From assembly GCA_963663765.2 (NCBI GenBank), contig CAXXUA010000003.1, positions 224,001 through 288,000 on the forward strand: a DNA stretch of 64,000 nt. Reading direction: 5' to 3'. The stretch is from Candidatus Poribacteria bacterium. GTDB taxonomy: Bacteria; Poribacteria; WGA-4E; WGA-3G. Position numbers and translations under genes: made by a program. Under the pieces are notes generated by a model. The model was not told where the DNA came from. It saw only the letters and a program-made list of their open reading frames with translations, and made no database searches. Each line of letters opens with the position of its first letter. The first letter of the stretch is position 1. Of the stretch, positions 20,554-29,770 are shown in pieces.

Positions 20554-21141
20554 TTATTCCGTTAAGGTTATGACACCGCAACTAACTTGCGTGCCATCTG
20601 CTAAATCTCCAGATCCAATCTGTTCATGAATAACTAATACTTTACCGTTTATATCAGTTTCTGAATTGGTATCAAAAGTAAGGTCTACGAGATAACTACG
20701 GTTCCCGATCCCATTTACATCTGTTGTAAAAGAATAGGAATCAAAACCTTCAACATCCCAGATACTACCAGGAGTGTCGCAACTGTCCCCAGAATAGATA
20801 TATGCTGCGTACTTACGGTCAGGACCCGCATTCTGAATCTCAACATCAAAGTTCCGAATTATCGTGGATCCTATATCTTCAGTATCTGAATCTATATATT
20901 CCGTAAAAGTTGCTGTGCCAGTGATCCCACTTCCATTCTTTTCAGTGAGTGTTACTGTAATTGTCCTATTTTTAACAAGTATCGGTTCGGTAAATGCGTC
21001 GAGAAGTTCTGTTGTTGTCAAATTTTCGCAACCTGTGATGAAACATGCTGCGAGGATAAGAATAGTTAACATGCATAACTTATTATTTTTTAACGTAAAT
21101 ACGTTTGTTGCGTCAATAAAGGACGCTAAGTATTTGTACAT
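20554..21141 (-). CDS. Lipoprotein with Cu/Zn-SOD-like fold lacking most metal-binding histidines
   Basis: Lipobox FITGC. GTATFTE, GKVLVIHE and SCGVI resemble SodC, but the HGFHIH position reads YAAYIY. Confidence 0.6.
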   Translation of the reverse strand: MYKYLASFIDATNVFTLKNNKLCMLTILILAACFITGCENLTTTELLDAFTEPILVKNRTITVTLTEKNGSGITGTATFTEYIDSDTEDIGSTIIRNFDVEIQNAGPDRKYAAYIYSGDSCDTPGSIWDVEGFDSYSFTTDVNGIGNRSYLVDLTFDTNSETDINGKVLVIHEQIGSGDLADGTQVSCGVITLTE

Positions 21142-21622
21142 TTTGAATATCCCCTTTCTTACGCCAGGATTTGGCGTGTTTGAATTAGTTTGTTTGCCAC
21201 TTAGATATCTTTATGGATTAAATAAAAGAGACATGCCTTTGAATGTGGTTCTCTAAATAAACGAATATCTGGTTAATGTCTGGTGCCCTATAAGTTTACG
21301 AACCGAAAAACATCAGGCATATCTCAAGTCCTCAAATAACGAGGACGCTCTTTGAATTGGACTTTTCATAAATCTAAAACGATTTGTTAACAATGTCAAA
21401 ACTTTAATTGACTTTTCCATAATATATAGGCGGAGGTTTCAAGTCTCCCCGCAAGACTTGAAACGTTATTTTGCTTTAGTTTCTTCTGTGGTGGATTCTT
21501 TCTCTACACGCTTCCACCTGTCGCGAGTCCTATGAGTCTTTGTTATATTTGGTTATATTTGTTGTAAAAGGTATGCAGCTTGTGGGTAAATACTGAATTC
21601 CAAAAACATGCTCAATGTTGAT

Positions 21623-24600
21623 TTATTGCTTGTTCAAATGCTTATATGATAAATCTCCAAGTCCGATAAGTTGTAATCCCCCGTTTTCAGTGCCGACATA
21701 AAGCGTTTGGCCAGCAACAGCGACAGAAGTAGCAGTGTCTGGAATTTCTGGTGTTATCCGTTCCCAAGTGTTATCTGCACTTGTTAATCGATAGACCCCA
21801 CCTTGCGTATTCTTTGAGGAACTCACAGCATATAAAGTCGTGTTATCCGTAGTAAAACGGTCGAATATCAGCTGTTGTCCATCTAAATCGGTGATAATGT
21901 TCCATTCCGTGCCATCATTTGAATGCAAAGCACCTTTGTCTGTTGCAATCAAAACGGCTTCGTCAGTGATGAATATCTGCTTGAAAGAGACAACAGATAT
22001 TGGTAGTAAGACAGTATTCCAATTGCGTCCTCTATCAACAGAGCATAGGAGAACTCCATCAGGTTTGCCCACGTAGACAGTATCACCAGAAACACCTAAC
22101 GTGAAACGATTTAATGAGGTTAAATTCGCAAGATCACGAGTATCTTTGATATTAGGATCATGCCAACCTGCTTCGTCATTTTCTCGGGAAAAGTGACGCA
22201 GTATTAGCAGCTTTCGTTGGTGTTCAACGAACAATGTGTTACCACTGATAGCAAATGTACCTAAGATATTTGCCCCCATCTTGAAGAATTTTGATTGCAA
22301 ATTACGAGTATTTTCTCCATCATTCTCTACAGATGTCTGGACTGCTTCCATAAATGTTGCTATAAGATTCGTTCCTCCAAGTGTAGGAACACCTTGAATT
22401 GGAATAAGCGTGTCATTTTGTGCGTCTAAACGGAAAAAGTTTGGTTGGAGTGCTATGAGTCCTTTCGCGTAAAGGTTTCCATCTGCTAATACTAACTGTT
22501 GTATTCTTGCAATACTCTGTATTCTTGATTTGTTCAGTGGCACCTTCTTGTTATAAAAAGTCATCGTCATATCATCTGAATTAACAGGAATTGCTTGCCA
22601 TGATTGTCCATTGTTGGTTGATGTCACAAGTTTCTTATTTGCTATTGCATAGATTTTATTATTAAAGGCGATTAGATTCTGTATTTTGCCACCCAATCCG
22701 GAATTAAATCTGTTCCATGTGTACCCATCATCAGTTGAACGGCGAATTCCGTTGCTATCGCCTGTGTAAAATTGATGGTTCATACTTGTAGATTGATCCT
22801 GATTAGCGGTTCCACTAGGACTTTTTACATTCAAAGCAGCAATAACACGTTGACCTGAAGGGTGGACTAAACGTGCGGCTTCATCAACAGGCATCCATGT
22901 GTTTCCTTCATCAGTTGACCGTAAAGTGTCTTGTCCGATTAACAACACCGTTTTTCCTGCAGCAGCAATCGTCAGTGTTGCACTACGCTGATTTTTTTCA
23001 AAACCATTTTTCGGTGTTATATCTGTCCACGAATAGCCTTTATCTATTGACCTAAAGACTGTCCATAACGGTTGTCCACTTAGTACTGTCTTTAGTGTTT
23101 CCATAATACTTATATCGGAGAGAATTCTAAGTCGTCCTGCTACAATATAAATACGGTGTCCTACCACTGCAATTGCGTGAATGGATTGGGATTCTGCTAC
23201 CGGTAATTGTTCCCAAACACCTGATTTATCAGGACTCTCTTCAAAATAAGGTTTCATGTTGATGCGGAAGAGTCCTTTATCAGTACCAGCAAATAGTACC
23301 TTTTCTGCGGAAGTTATCGTATATATTCTTCTGTCTGCCAAACCTTTGTTTAGCGATGACCAAGAAACACATCTGTCATCAGAGTAAAATATGCCTTGAA
23401 GGAGAGCGAGATAAATCGCAATGGAGTCTGCTGTGTTATCCTTTACGACTACACCAATGGCATGTCCTTTCGGATAAGTACCGAGTGGTGTCCAAGTTTT
23501 GCCTTTGTCTTCCGATGCGAGTATTTCATCATCAGTTACAATATAAAGGGTGTCATTGTGCTCTACCATCGGTGTTGTGTCCTCCGAGGTTGGGAGACTA
23601 TTATTAATTAAATCCCACTTTTGGTTTTCATCTGTCATTCGATACAACCCTATTTGAGTCAATGCATAAAGATCATTTGATTTAGTGGCAAATAGTGTAG
23701 GCACTTTTACAGACTCAGGACTGTCAAACTGAGTCCACCATTCCGTTGAGAGTTGCTCCGCTGTTTCAATGGTCTGGAAAATATTGGTAAGGTTTACGTT
23801 TTGAGAGGTATCCGTTTTCTCGCCAATTCCTTGATTGTTACTGGGAATATCAGTGTTCCCAAGTTGATTACGCTGTTCAGGTTTTATTTCCTGTTCAATA
23901 TTGGTAGGAGTTTCAACGATTTCGACCATTAACACTGATTCGGAATCAAGATCATAAGGTAGAAAAGAAAGAGAAAGGTGTTGTATTCCAATACCTATTA
24001 AAAAAAGAACTAAAATAGCAGAGGCAGCAGAAAGGACCCACGGCAATAAAGGTTTGCTGCCTGAAGGAACAACAGGATTGGTGCGTGATATTTCCTTCAT
24101 TATGTTCTCTGTCAATTGTGTTGGGAGTTGGAAGCTGCTAAGATTCTCTCTAATTGTCGCTTCTTCCTTCTTTAGGCGGTTGCGAGCGCGATTCAGTCGA
24201 CTTTTTACCGTATTCAAAGATACACCGATCATCTTACTAATCGTTTCACAGGTCATTTCTCCGAGATAATGGAGTGTCATGACCGTGCGTTCACTCTCAG
24301 GTAGTTTTTGGAGTAGTTTTTGGACAACTTCACGTAAGGTCTCAGTCGTTTCAATGTCGCGCTTTTCTACCATATACTGTGAATGTGACACTTGATCAAT
24401 CTCCGTTATATCTGTCGTTTCTATTGATTGTATTGGAAGCCGTTTCTTTCGGTACCAGTCAGTACATAGGTTAGACGCAATCACATATATCCAACCTGGA
24501 AACAAGTTGTGGTCTTTCAAAGTTCTAAGTCTTTCATAAGCTCTGAGAAAGGCATCTTGGGTAATTTCCTGTGCTATGTGAAAATCTCCAATTTTACGCC

Positions 24601-24706
24601 ATGCAAGCGCGTGAATCCCTTTTTGGTATTTTTCAACGAGCTCTGTAAATGCTGTTTGATCACCGTCTAATGTCCGCTGAATCAATTCAGAATCGTTATT
24701 ATGCAT
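21623..24706 (-). CDS. ECF sigma-70 factor fused through a TM helix to an extracytoplasmic BNR/YCF48-like beta-propeller
   Basis: Sigma region 2 (AQEITQDAFLRAY, FPGWIY) and region 4 (LPESERTV, VKSRLNRAR); TM at about aa 220-242; several S.D.G.TW Asp-box repeats. Confidence 0.88.
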   Translation of the reverse strand: MHNNDSELIQRTLDGDQTAFTELVEKYQKGIHALAWRKIGDFHIAQEITQDAFLRAYERLRTLKDHNLFPGWIYVIASNLCTDWYRKKRLPIQSIETTDITEIDQVSHSQYMVEKRDIETTETLREVVQKLLQKLPESERTVMTLHYLGEMTCETISKMIGVSLNTVKSRLNRARNRLKKEEATIRENLSSFQLPTQLTENIMKEISRTNPVVPSGSKPLLPWVLSAASAILVLFLIGIGIQHLSLSFLPYDLDSESVLMVEIVETPTNIEQEIKPEQRNQLGNTDIPSNNQGIGEKTDTSQNVNLTNIFQTIETAEQLSTEWWTQFDSPESVKVPTLFATKSNDLYALTQIGLYRMTDENQKWDLINNSLPTSEDTTPMVEHNDTLYIVTDDEILASEDKGKTWTPLGTYPKGHAIGVVVKDNTADSIAIYLALLQGIFYSDDRCVSWSSLNKGLADRRIYTITSAEKVLFAGTDKGLFRINMKPYFEESPDKSGVWEQLPVAESQSIHAIAVVGHRIYIVAGRLRILSDISIMETLKTVLSGQPLWTVFRSIDKGYSWTDITPKNGFEKNQRSATLTIAAAGKTVLLIGQDTLRSTDEGNTWMPVDEAARLVHPSGQRVIAALNVKSPSGTANQDQSTSMNHQFYTGDSNGIRRSTDDGYTWNRFNSGLGGKIQNLIAFNNKIYAIANKKLVTSTNNGQSWQAIPVNSDDMTMTFYNKKVPLNKSRIQSIARIQQLVLADGNLYAKGLIALQPNFFRLDAQNDTLIPIQGVPTLGGTNLIATFMEAVQTSVENDGENTRNLQSKFFKMGANILGTFAISGNTLFVEHQRKLLILRHFSRENDEAGWHDPNIKDTRDLANLTSLNRFTLGVSGDTVYVGKPDGVLLCSVDRGRNWNTVLLPISVVSFKQIFITDEAVLIATDKGALHSNDGTEWNIITDLDGQQLIFDRFTTDNTTLYAVSSSKNTQGGVYRLTSADNTWERITPEIPDTATSVAVAGQTLYVGTENGGLQLIGLGDLSYKHLNKQ

Positions 24707-25165
24707 AAAATTTTCTCCAGAGTAGTACCACTACTTAACTTAAGTGACGAGATTAAAAATTAAAAAGGTTGCATTTTTTTAGAAAATAAACAGACTGCAC
24801 ACTTATGGAGTTGATTCATACACTTTCAACCTGCCAATCTTCTCCATTCCGAAAATAACGCCATACTTATGGGAAATCCTAATAAACAAACAGCAGAAAA
24901 CATCACATATCACATAACTATGATGTATAATATATCCCATGAAACACCAAACCAACATTCTACCATATATAAAAAGCCTAACGAAAAAAACCTCAAAAAA
25001 AGGTTAAATACGGGTAAATACGGGAGTCTGATTCTATAAACAGAGAAATTGTATATGAATCTAACTCGTATTCAGAATGTACCCAACTTCGTATTTAAGA
25101 CGTTAAAGTTAAGTAGTAAGTCTCACCTTAAAAATGTACACCCGAAAATAGATGGAGTTTATAAA

Positions 25166-27112
25166 ATGAAATTGAAAACTCTCGGCCTTATCAGTATTGT
25201 AGTCTTTATTTTAGGAAATATAGTGGTTGCAGAAGGATCATCCGGCATAGACAAACGAAATATCTTTGTCGGTGCAAGCGCACGAGCCGTCGGTATGGGA
25301 AGCGCATTTACCGCTGGACCCTCAGCAAATAACGGCTTTCTCTGGAATCCCTCCTCACTTGGGTTCATGAACGGATTGGAAGTGAACATGGGCGGTATTC
25401 CGTTTTCAGGTGATTCTTCAGGACCTGATCAGGCATTCTCATTAGCAGCAAGTCCAAACAGTCTCGGTATAATCAACAGAAATATCGGCAGTCTCTCTTT
25501 TGCATCTTGGTTCAATGGATGGAATAATAGCAATGACGAATCTACTCAGATTGTGCTCTTAGGATACGGTATCGCACTCGGAAAACATGCCTCCGCAGGT
25601 GCAAACTTACGATACTATCAAAACAACAAACCAACCAGAACCAACTATCTTTGGAGCGTTGATATCGGAATGCAGGCGACCTATCCACTTAAAAGGTTCG
25701 GGGATTCGGTCACATTGGGAATAAATCTATCGGAGTTAAGCAACGGAATACGCGATGCAGAAGGTGCGTTGATTAAACCTTTAGATGAAAGTATGCCGTT
25801 AACAACACGCTTCGGTTTGACATATCGTCCAGACAGTTCAACGCTATTATCCGCTGATATGGCTATCCGAGGAAAAAATGATGCGAGTTGGGGAGAAAGG
25901 TTACGCGTACATTTCGGTGTAGAACGATGGTTATTCCGAAAACACTTAGGTCTTCGCGTCGGATATACTGCACTTACTGCCTCTGAAAGATTTAGTGCAG
26001 GTCAATGGACACAAGGAATTAGCTTTCAGAACGCTACAGGACAGTTGGATTACGCCCATGTCAAAGGCGGCGATTTAGATCAAAGTCTACATTGGATTTC
26101 GGCGACTTTACGGTGGGGTGGGAAAAAGAAAGACTCCGCACATACTGAGAAAAAACCTTCTGTTACAGAGGTAAAGCACCAAGATGTTTCTAATACAAAC
26201 ACAACACCACCAATACTGATGCCAAAAACGCTGGATACGGAGACTGAAAATGTCGTTTCTTCTAGGGAATTACAACTTTCCGAAACAGCAATTTCTCCCA
26301 ACAGTGACGGCAATGCGGATACAACTACAATCCGCTTTCAAGTTAAAACAAATGAAAAATGGAAATTGACGCTCCACGATGCATATACAGAACAGGTCTG
26401 GGAAAAATCTGGGACAGGATCACCAACAGAAGGTGTTGTCTGGGATGGAAAAGGAAATGCCGATAAGGTGGTAACAGATGGAGATTATGTCGCACAATTG
26501 TATATCATAGACGAAAAAGGTACACCACATCTCAGAAGTAGTCAAAAAATCACTGTTGATCTGATTCCAGCAACATTAGAAATCTCTAAAAAATCAGACA
26601 CAAGTGTAGCAGTAAAAACTTGGGACATCAATTCCATTGCTGCTTGGAAACTGGAGATCTACGACGCGGCAAATAAACTGGTTGAAAAGAGTGAAGGAAA
26701 AGGTTCACCACCAGAAAACATCGTCCTGACGAAAATCCCGCAGTTGACATCAAAATCCTACAAATTTACCATAAGTGTTAGAGATATTGCAGGAAATCAG
26801 ACCGTTCAACAGGCACAATTACTGTTCGGTAGTGGACAACAAACCGTTAGTGGAACTGATACCACTGATAAACCCAAGTTAGTCCTTATGGTCGGATCAT
26901 TTACTGAGAGACGCAATGCGAACATGTTGGCTGATAACCTAAAACGCTTATATCCGAATGAGCAGGTAAAAATATACACGGTTTCAGTGAACGGGACAAC
27001 AATGCACCGGGTGACAATCGGGGAATTCACAGAACGATCAGAAGCGGCAGGACTCAAACAGCAAATTCAGGAGTCGCAAGGTGTTGAACCAATTTTGATT
27101 ACACCTCAATAG
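25166..27112 (+). CDS. Secreted protein: PorV-like beta-barrel + FlgD/Ig-like domains + C-terminal SPOR domain
   Basis: Signal peptide; GASARAVGMGSAF and WNPSSL; ISPNSDG..D and WDGK...VTDGDY; VGSF....A...HRVTIGEF..R.EA. ATG 25166 follows GGAG. Confidence 0.75.
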   Translation: MKLKTLGLISIVVFILGNIVVAEGSSGIDKRNIFVGASARAVGMGSAFTAGPSANNGFLWNPSSLGFMNGLEVNMGGIPFSGDSSGPDQAFSLAASPNSLGIINRNIGSLSFASWFNGWNNSNDESTQIVLLGYGIALGKHASAGANLRYYQNNKPTRTNYLWSVDIGMQATYPLKRFGDSVTLGINLSELSNGIRDAEGALIKPLDESMPLTTRFGLTYRPDSSTLLSADMAIRGKNDASWGERLRVHFGVERWLFRKHLGLRVGYTALTASERFSAGQWTQGISFQNATGQLDYAHVKGGDLDQSLHWISATLRWGGKKKDSAHTEKKPSVTEVKHQDVSNTNTTPPILMPKTLDTETENVVSSRELQLSETAISPNSDGNADTTTIRFQVKTNEKWKLTLHDAYTEQVWEKSGTGSPTEGVVWDGKGNADKVVTDGDYVAQLYIIDEKGTPHLRSSQKITVDLIPATLEISKKSDTSVAVKTWDINSIAAWKLEIYDAANKLVEKSEGKGSPPENIVLTKIPQLTSKSYKFTISVRDIAGNQTVQQAQLLFGSGQQTVSGTDTTDKPKLVLMVGSFTERRNANMLADNLKRLYPNEQVKIYTVSVNGTTMHRVTIGEFTERSEAAGLKQQIQESQGVEPILITPQ

Positions 27113-27145
27113 ATGTCGCACCTTGATGATAGAGCTAACACGTTC

Positions 27146-27985
27146 TCACATTTTGTAGAAATCTAAACCGTTCTGGTACAAGAATTGGTTTTTCTCTGCA
27201 TCAGTTGCATCGTCAATAACCGAGAGTAATGCCTCAAACCACTGACAATATTTGGCAGCTAAGGTGCAGACAGGCCAATCGCTACCAAACATAAGGCGAT
27301 CATAACCAAAGACTTCTACAAGATGTAGAATGTAAGGCTTTAGTTCCTCTGCGGTCCACTCTTCACTGGCAGTTGTAACAATACCCGATACCTTACAGTA
27401 TACATTGTCAAACGTGGCGAGTTTACGCATGTAGGTTGCCCACGGTTCAAACGTTCCATCTTTTATATTCGGTCCGCCACAGTGGTTGACTGCATGACGA
27501 ACCTCAGGGGTCGCTTTCACCAATTCCACTGCAGCAGGAAGTTGATCGTCTTTCGCACAGAGATCGAAAGAGAGATTGTATTTCGTTAATAATTTCACAC
27601 CGTTTATAAGTTCGGGAGTAGCGTAAAACTGGTTGTCCGTGCGGTGCCATGCCATCCTACGAATACCCACAATGAGATCAAACCCCGCAAGTTTTTCCAG
27701 GACAACCTCAACGTTGGGCTTCTCCAGTGGTGCTGCGGCGACAATTGCACCGATCATTCCATCTGTTTCAGCAATATTTGTTAGCCATTCCACTTCTTGC
27801 ACAACATACGTCTCGGCAGGATCACCTTCCACGTGAACAGATTTGACGACATTTATGTCCCCGACAGCATCACGGTAATTCTGCGGTGTATATTTCTGTT
27901 GAAGTAGATCAAATCCCTCTAACCACGGATAGTCTAAAATAGAAGTATCCCACAGATGTTGGTGCGTATCAATTATTTTTTGCAT
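27146..27985 (-). CDS. Amidohydrolase-2 family (L-fuconolactonase-like)
   Basis: IIDTHQHLWD, NHCGGP, NVYCKVSG, RLMFGSDWPV. ATG 27985 follows AAGGAGG. Confidence 0.88.
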   Translation of the reverse strand: MQKIIDTHQHLWDTSILDYPWLEGFDLLQQKYTPQNYRDAVGDINVVKSVHVEGDPAETYVVQEVEWLTNIAETDGMIGAIVAAAPLEKPNVEVVLEKLAGFDLIVGIRRMAWHRTDNQFYATPELINGVKLLTKYNLSFDLCAKDDQLPAAVELVKATPEVRHAVNHCGGPNIKDGTFEPWATYMRKLATFDNVYCKVSGIVTTASEEWTAEELKPYILHLVEVFGYDRLMFGSDWPVCTLAAKYCQWFEALLSVIDDATDAEKNQFLYQNGLDFYKM

Positions 27986-28420
27986 GTGCCTCCTTTTTAA
28001 CTGGCAAAAAGACCTATTCACTTGATCATATAGTAACTTACAATATTGGACATCAGAAAAATAAAATCACTAAACAAAGGGTGTGTAAAGTTTTTGCACA
28101 GAGGTACTAACTTTTGTTCTCTTTAGTCCCGTAGGGACGCAATGTTTATAGAAAGACGTTATAACATCCCCTCTCTTTAGTTCCGTAGGAACGACATAGA
28201 AGGATAAACATATCGTCCCTACCAAATCAACGCCAAATGCGCGTATGGCATTTGGCGGGACTAAAAAGACGTGGGGATATGTATTTCTATAAACATATCG
28301 TCCCTACGGGACTGAAGAATATGGTTAGTATTAACAATATTTCTTTATATTGACAACACCTATGGGTCCTGTTCCCGCAATCTCTTATTTAATCAGTTGC
28401 GGCGGGGCACAGAGACCCCA

Positions 28421-28594
28421 TAGGTGTCAACTTAAGGATTTTGACCTCTTGTGGGAGGGGTTTTCAACCCCGTCAGAAGCCAAACGCGCTTCTGACGTTG
28501 ATTTGGATTTTTTAGTGCATTTCCACTCAAATCGGGCTTACAAAGCCCTCCCACAAGAGAATATGCAAACACTTTTTTCTTAAATTGACACCTA
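28421..28594. mobile_element. TA-flanked MITE (TAGGTGTCAAcTTAAG ends) carrying an inverted REP pair
   Basis: taggtgtcaacttaag ... cttaaattgacaccta; relatives at 43228-43364 and 58956-59092. Confidence 0.75.
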
Positions 28595-28614
28595 TGCGGC
28601 GGACACAGAGACCC

Positions 28615-28829
28615 GGGGAATGCCTAAATTGACATTCATACCCGGGGAATACCATAAGGTATTCATACCAGGGGAATACCATAAGGTATTCATACCAGGG
28701 GAATACCATAAGGTATTCATACCAGGGGAATACCATAAGGTATTCATACCAGGGGAATACCATAAGGTATTCATACCAGGGGAATACCATAAGGTATTCA
28801 TACCGTTGATTTCTTGATTACTTGATTTC
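28615..28829 (+). repeat. Tandem array of a 27-bp hairpin unit (6 copies + 1 variant) ending in TTGATT repeats
   Basis: GGGGAATACCATAAGGTATTCATACCA x6 (28644-28804) with no spacers; tail gttgatttc-ttgattac-ttgatttc. Confidence 0.95.
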
Positions 28830-28955
28830 GTCCTACAATGGAGAGTGGGATGCTTGTGCAAAAACTTTACACACCTCTAAACAAAGATTGGTAATACCTA
28901 TGGTTTTATGTTAACATGCTACATAGAGAAATTCAACTATTGGAAAGTTCACTGA

Positions 28956-29735
28956 ATGTTAGTTAAACCTGCCTATTTTGCCCTATTTAAGTTAACTCTC
29001 CGTCAACTATTCTGGAGTCGACGAGGACTTCTAATCCTGATTGGTGGTCTTTTTCCGATTGCAATCGCTCTCGTGGTTCGATTCTATGCGCAAACATCGG
29101 GGTTAGTCAACAACTTTATCCCTCATCTGACGTTTTTTTATTATGGGTTTTTGACGAATTTATGTGCAATTTTTTACGGATCAGCAATCGTGTCTGATGA
29201 AATTGATGGTAGAGGACTAACATATCTTCAGATGCGTCCACTCCGAAAGTCATTGATATTACTTAGCAAATTCACCGCATATATGATCGGAACAATCGCC
29301 TTGATTGCTCTATCGCACTTGCTTCTAACAGCAATTATGGAAACGCATCCAAAATTAAGAGACCGAATGATAGTGTTTGGAATGAGTTTCTATTATATAG
29401 GCGCGTTATCGTTGGGAATGTTAGTTTATGGAACTTTTGCAATGCTATTGTCTGTTCGATTTAAGCATCCTGTTCTTTGGGGTTTGTTATTTGTGTTTGG
29501 TTGGGAAAGGATCACCTCAATCCCTCCAATGCCAAGTGGAATCAAACACATCTCATTATCACATTACTTGATGACACTGTTTCCAGATTTCAAATTACGG
29601 AGTGACATCCTTGATGATTTGTTAGGGAATACGCCGCCAGCCGCTTGGGTGGCAGCGTTAGTGATCTGCCTGCTAACAGCAAGCGCAATGTGGCTCGCTG
29701 TGCGAATCTTCAATGAAAGAGAGTATTTGATGTAG
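28956..29735 (+). CDS. ABC-2 type transporter permease
   Basis: About 6 TM helices; DEIDGRGLTYL..RP.RKS....SKF motif. Confidence 0.8.
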   Translation: MLVKPAYFALFKLTLRQLFWSRRGLLILIGGLFPIAIALVVRFYAQTSGLVNNFIPHLTFFYYGFLTNLCAIFYGSAIVSDEIDGRGLTYLQMRPLRKSLILLSKFTAYMIGTIALIALSHLLLTAIMETHPKLRDRMIVFGMSFYYIGALSLGMLVYGTFAMLLSVRFKHPVLWGLLFVFGWERITSIPPMPSGIKHISLSHYLMTLFPDFKLRSDILDDLLGNTPPAAWVAALVICLLTASAMWLAVRIFNEREYLM

Positions 29736-29770
29736 AAGATTCACGCCATAGTCAAGGAAATATTAACGAA

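Larger units (their letters stand above)
28080..28876. mobile_element. Composite MITE with 21-bp TIR, copy B, with 9-10 bp target-site duplication
   Basis: Same TIRs as copy A. Direct repeat CTAAACAAAG at 28070-28079 and 28877-28886. Contains nested MITE 28421-28594, micro-insertions and the 27-bp array. Confidence 0.85.

Noticed and set aside
28615-28829. CRISPR array
   Set aside because: Palindromic 27-bp repeats are directly adjacent with no unique spacers, and there are no cas genes in the window.
28350-28861. ORFs with repeated peptides (MVFPWYEYL, MNTLWYSPG, FIPGEYHKV)
   Set aside because: These are read-throughs of the 27-bp repeat inside a MITE, open in several frames by chance.
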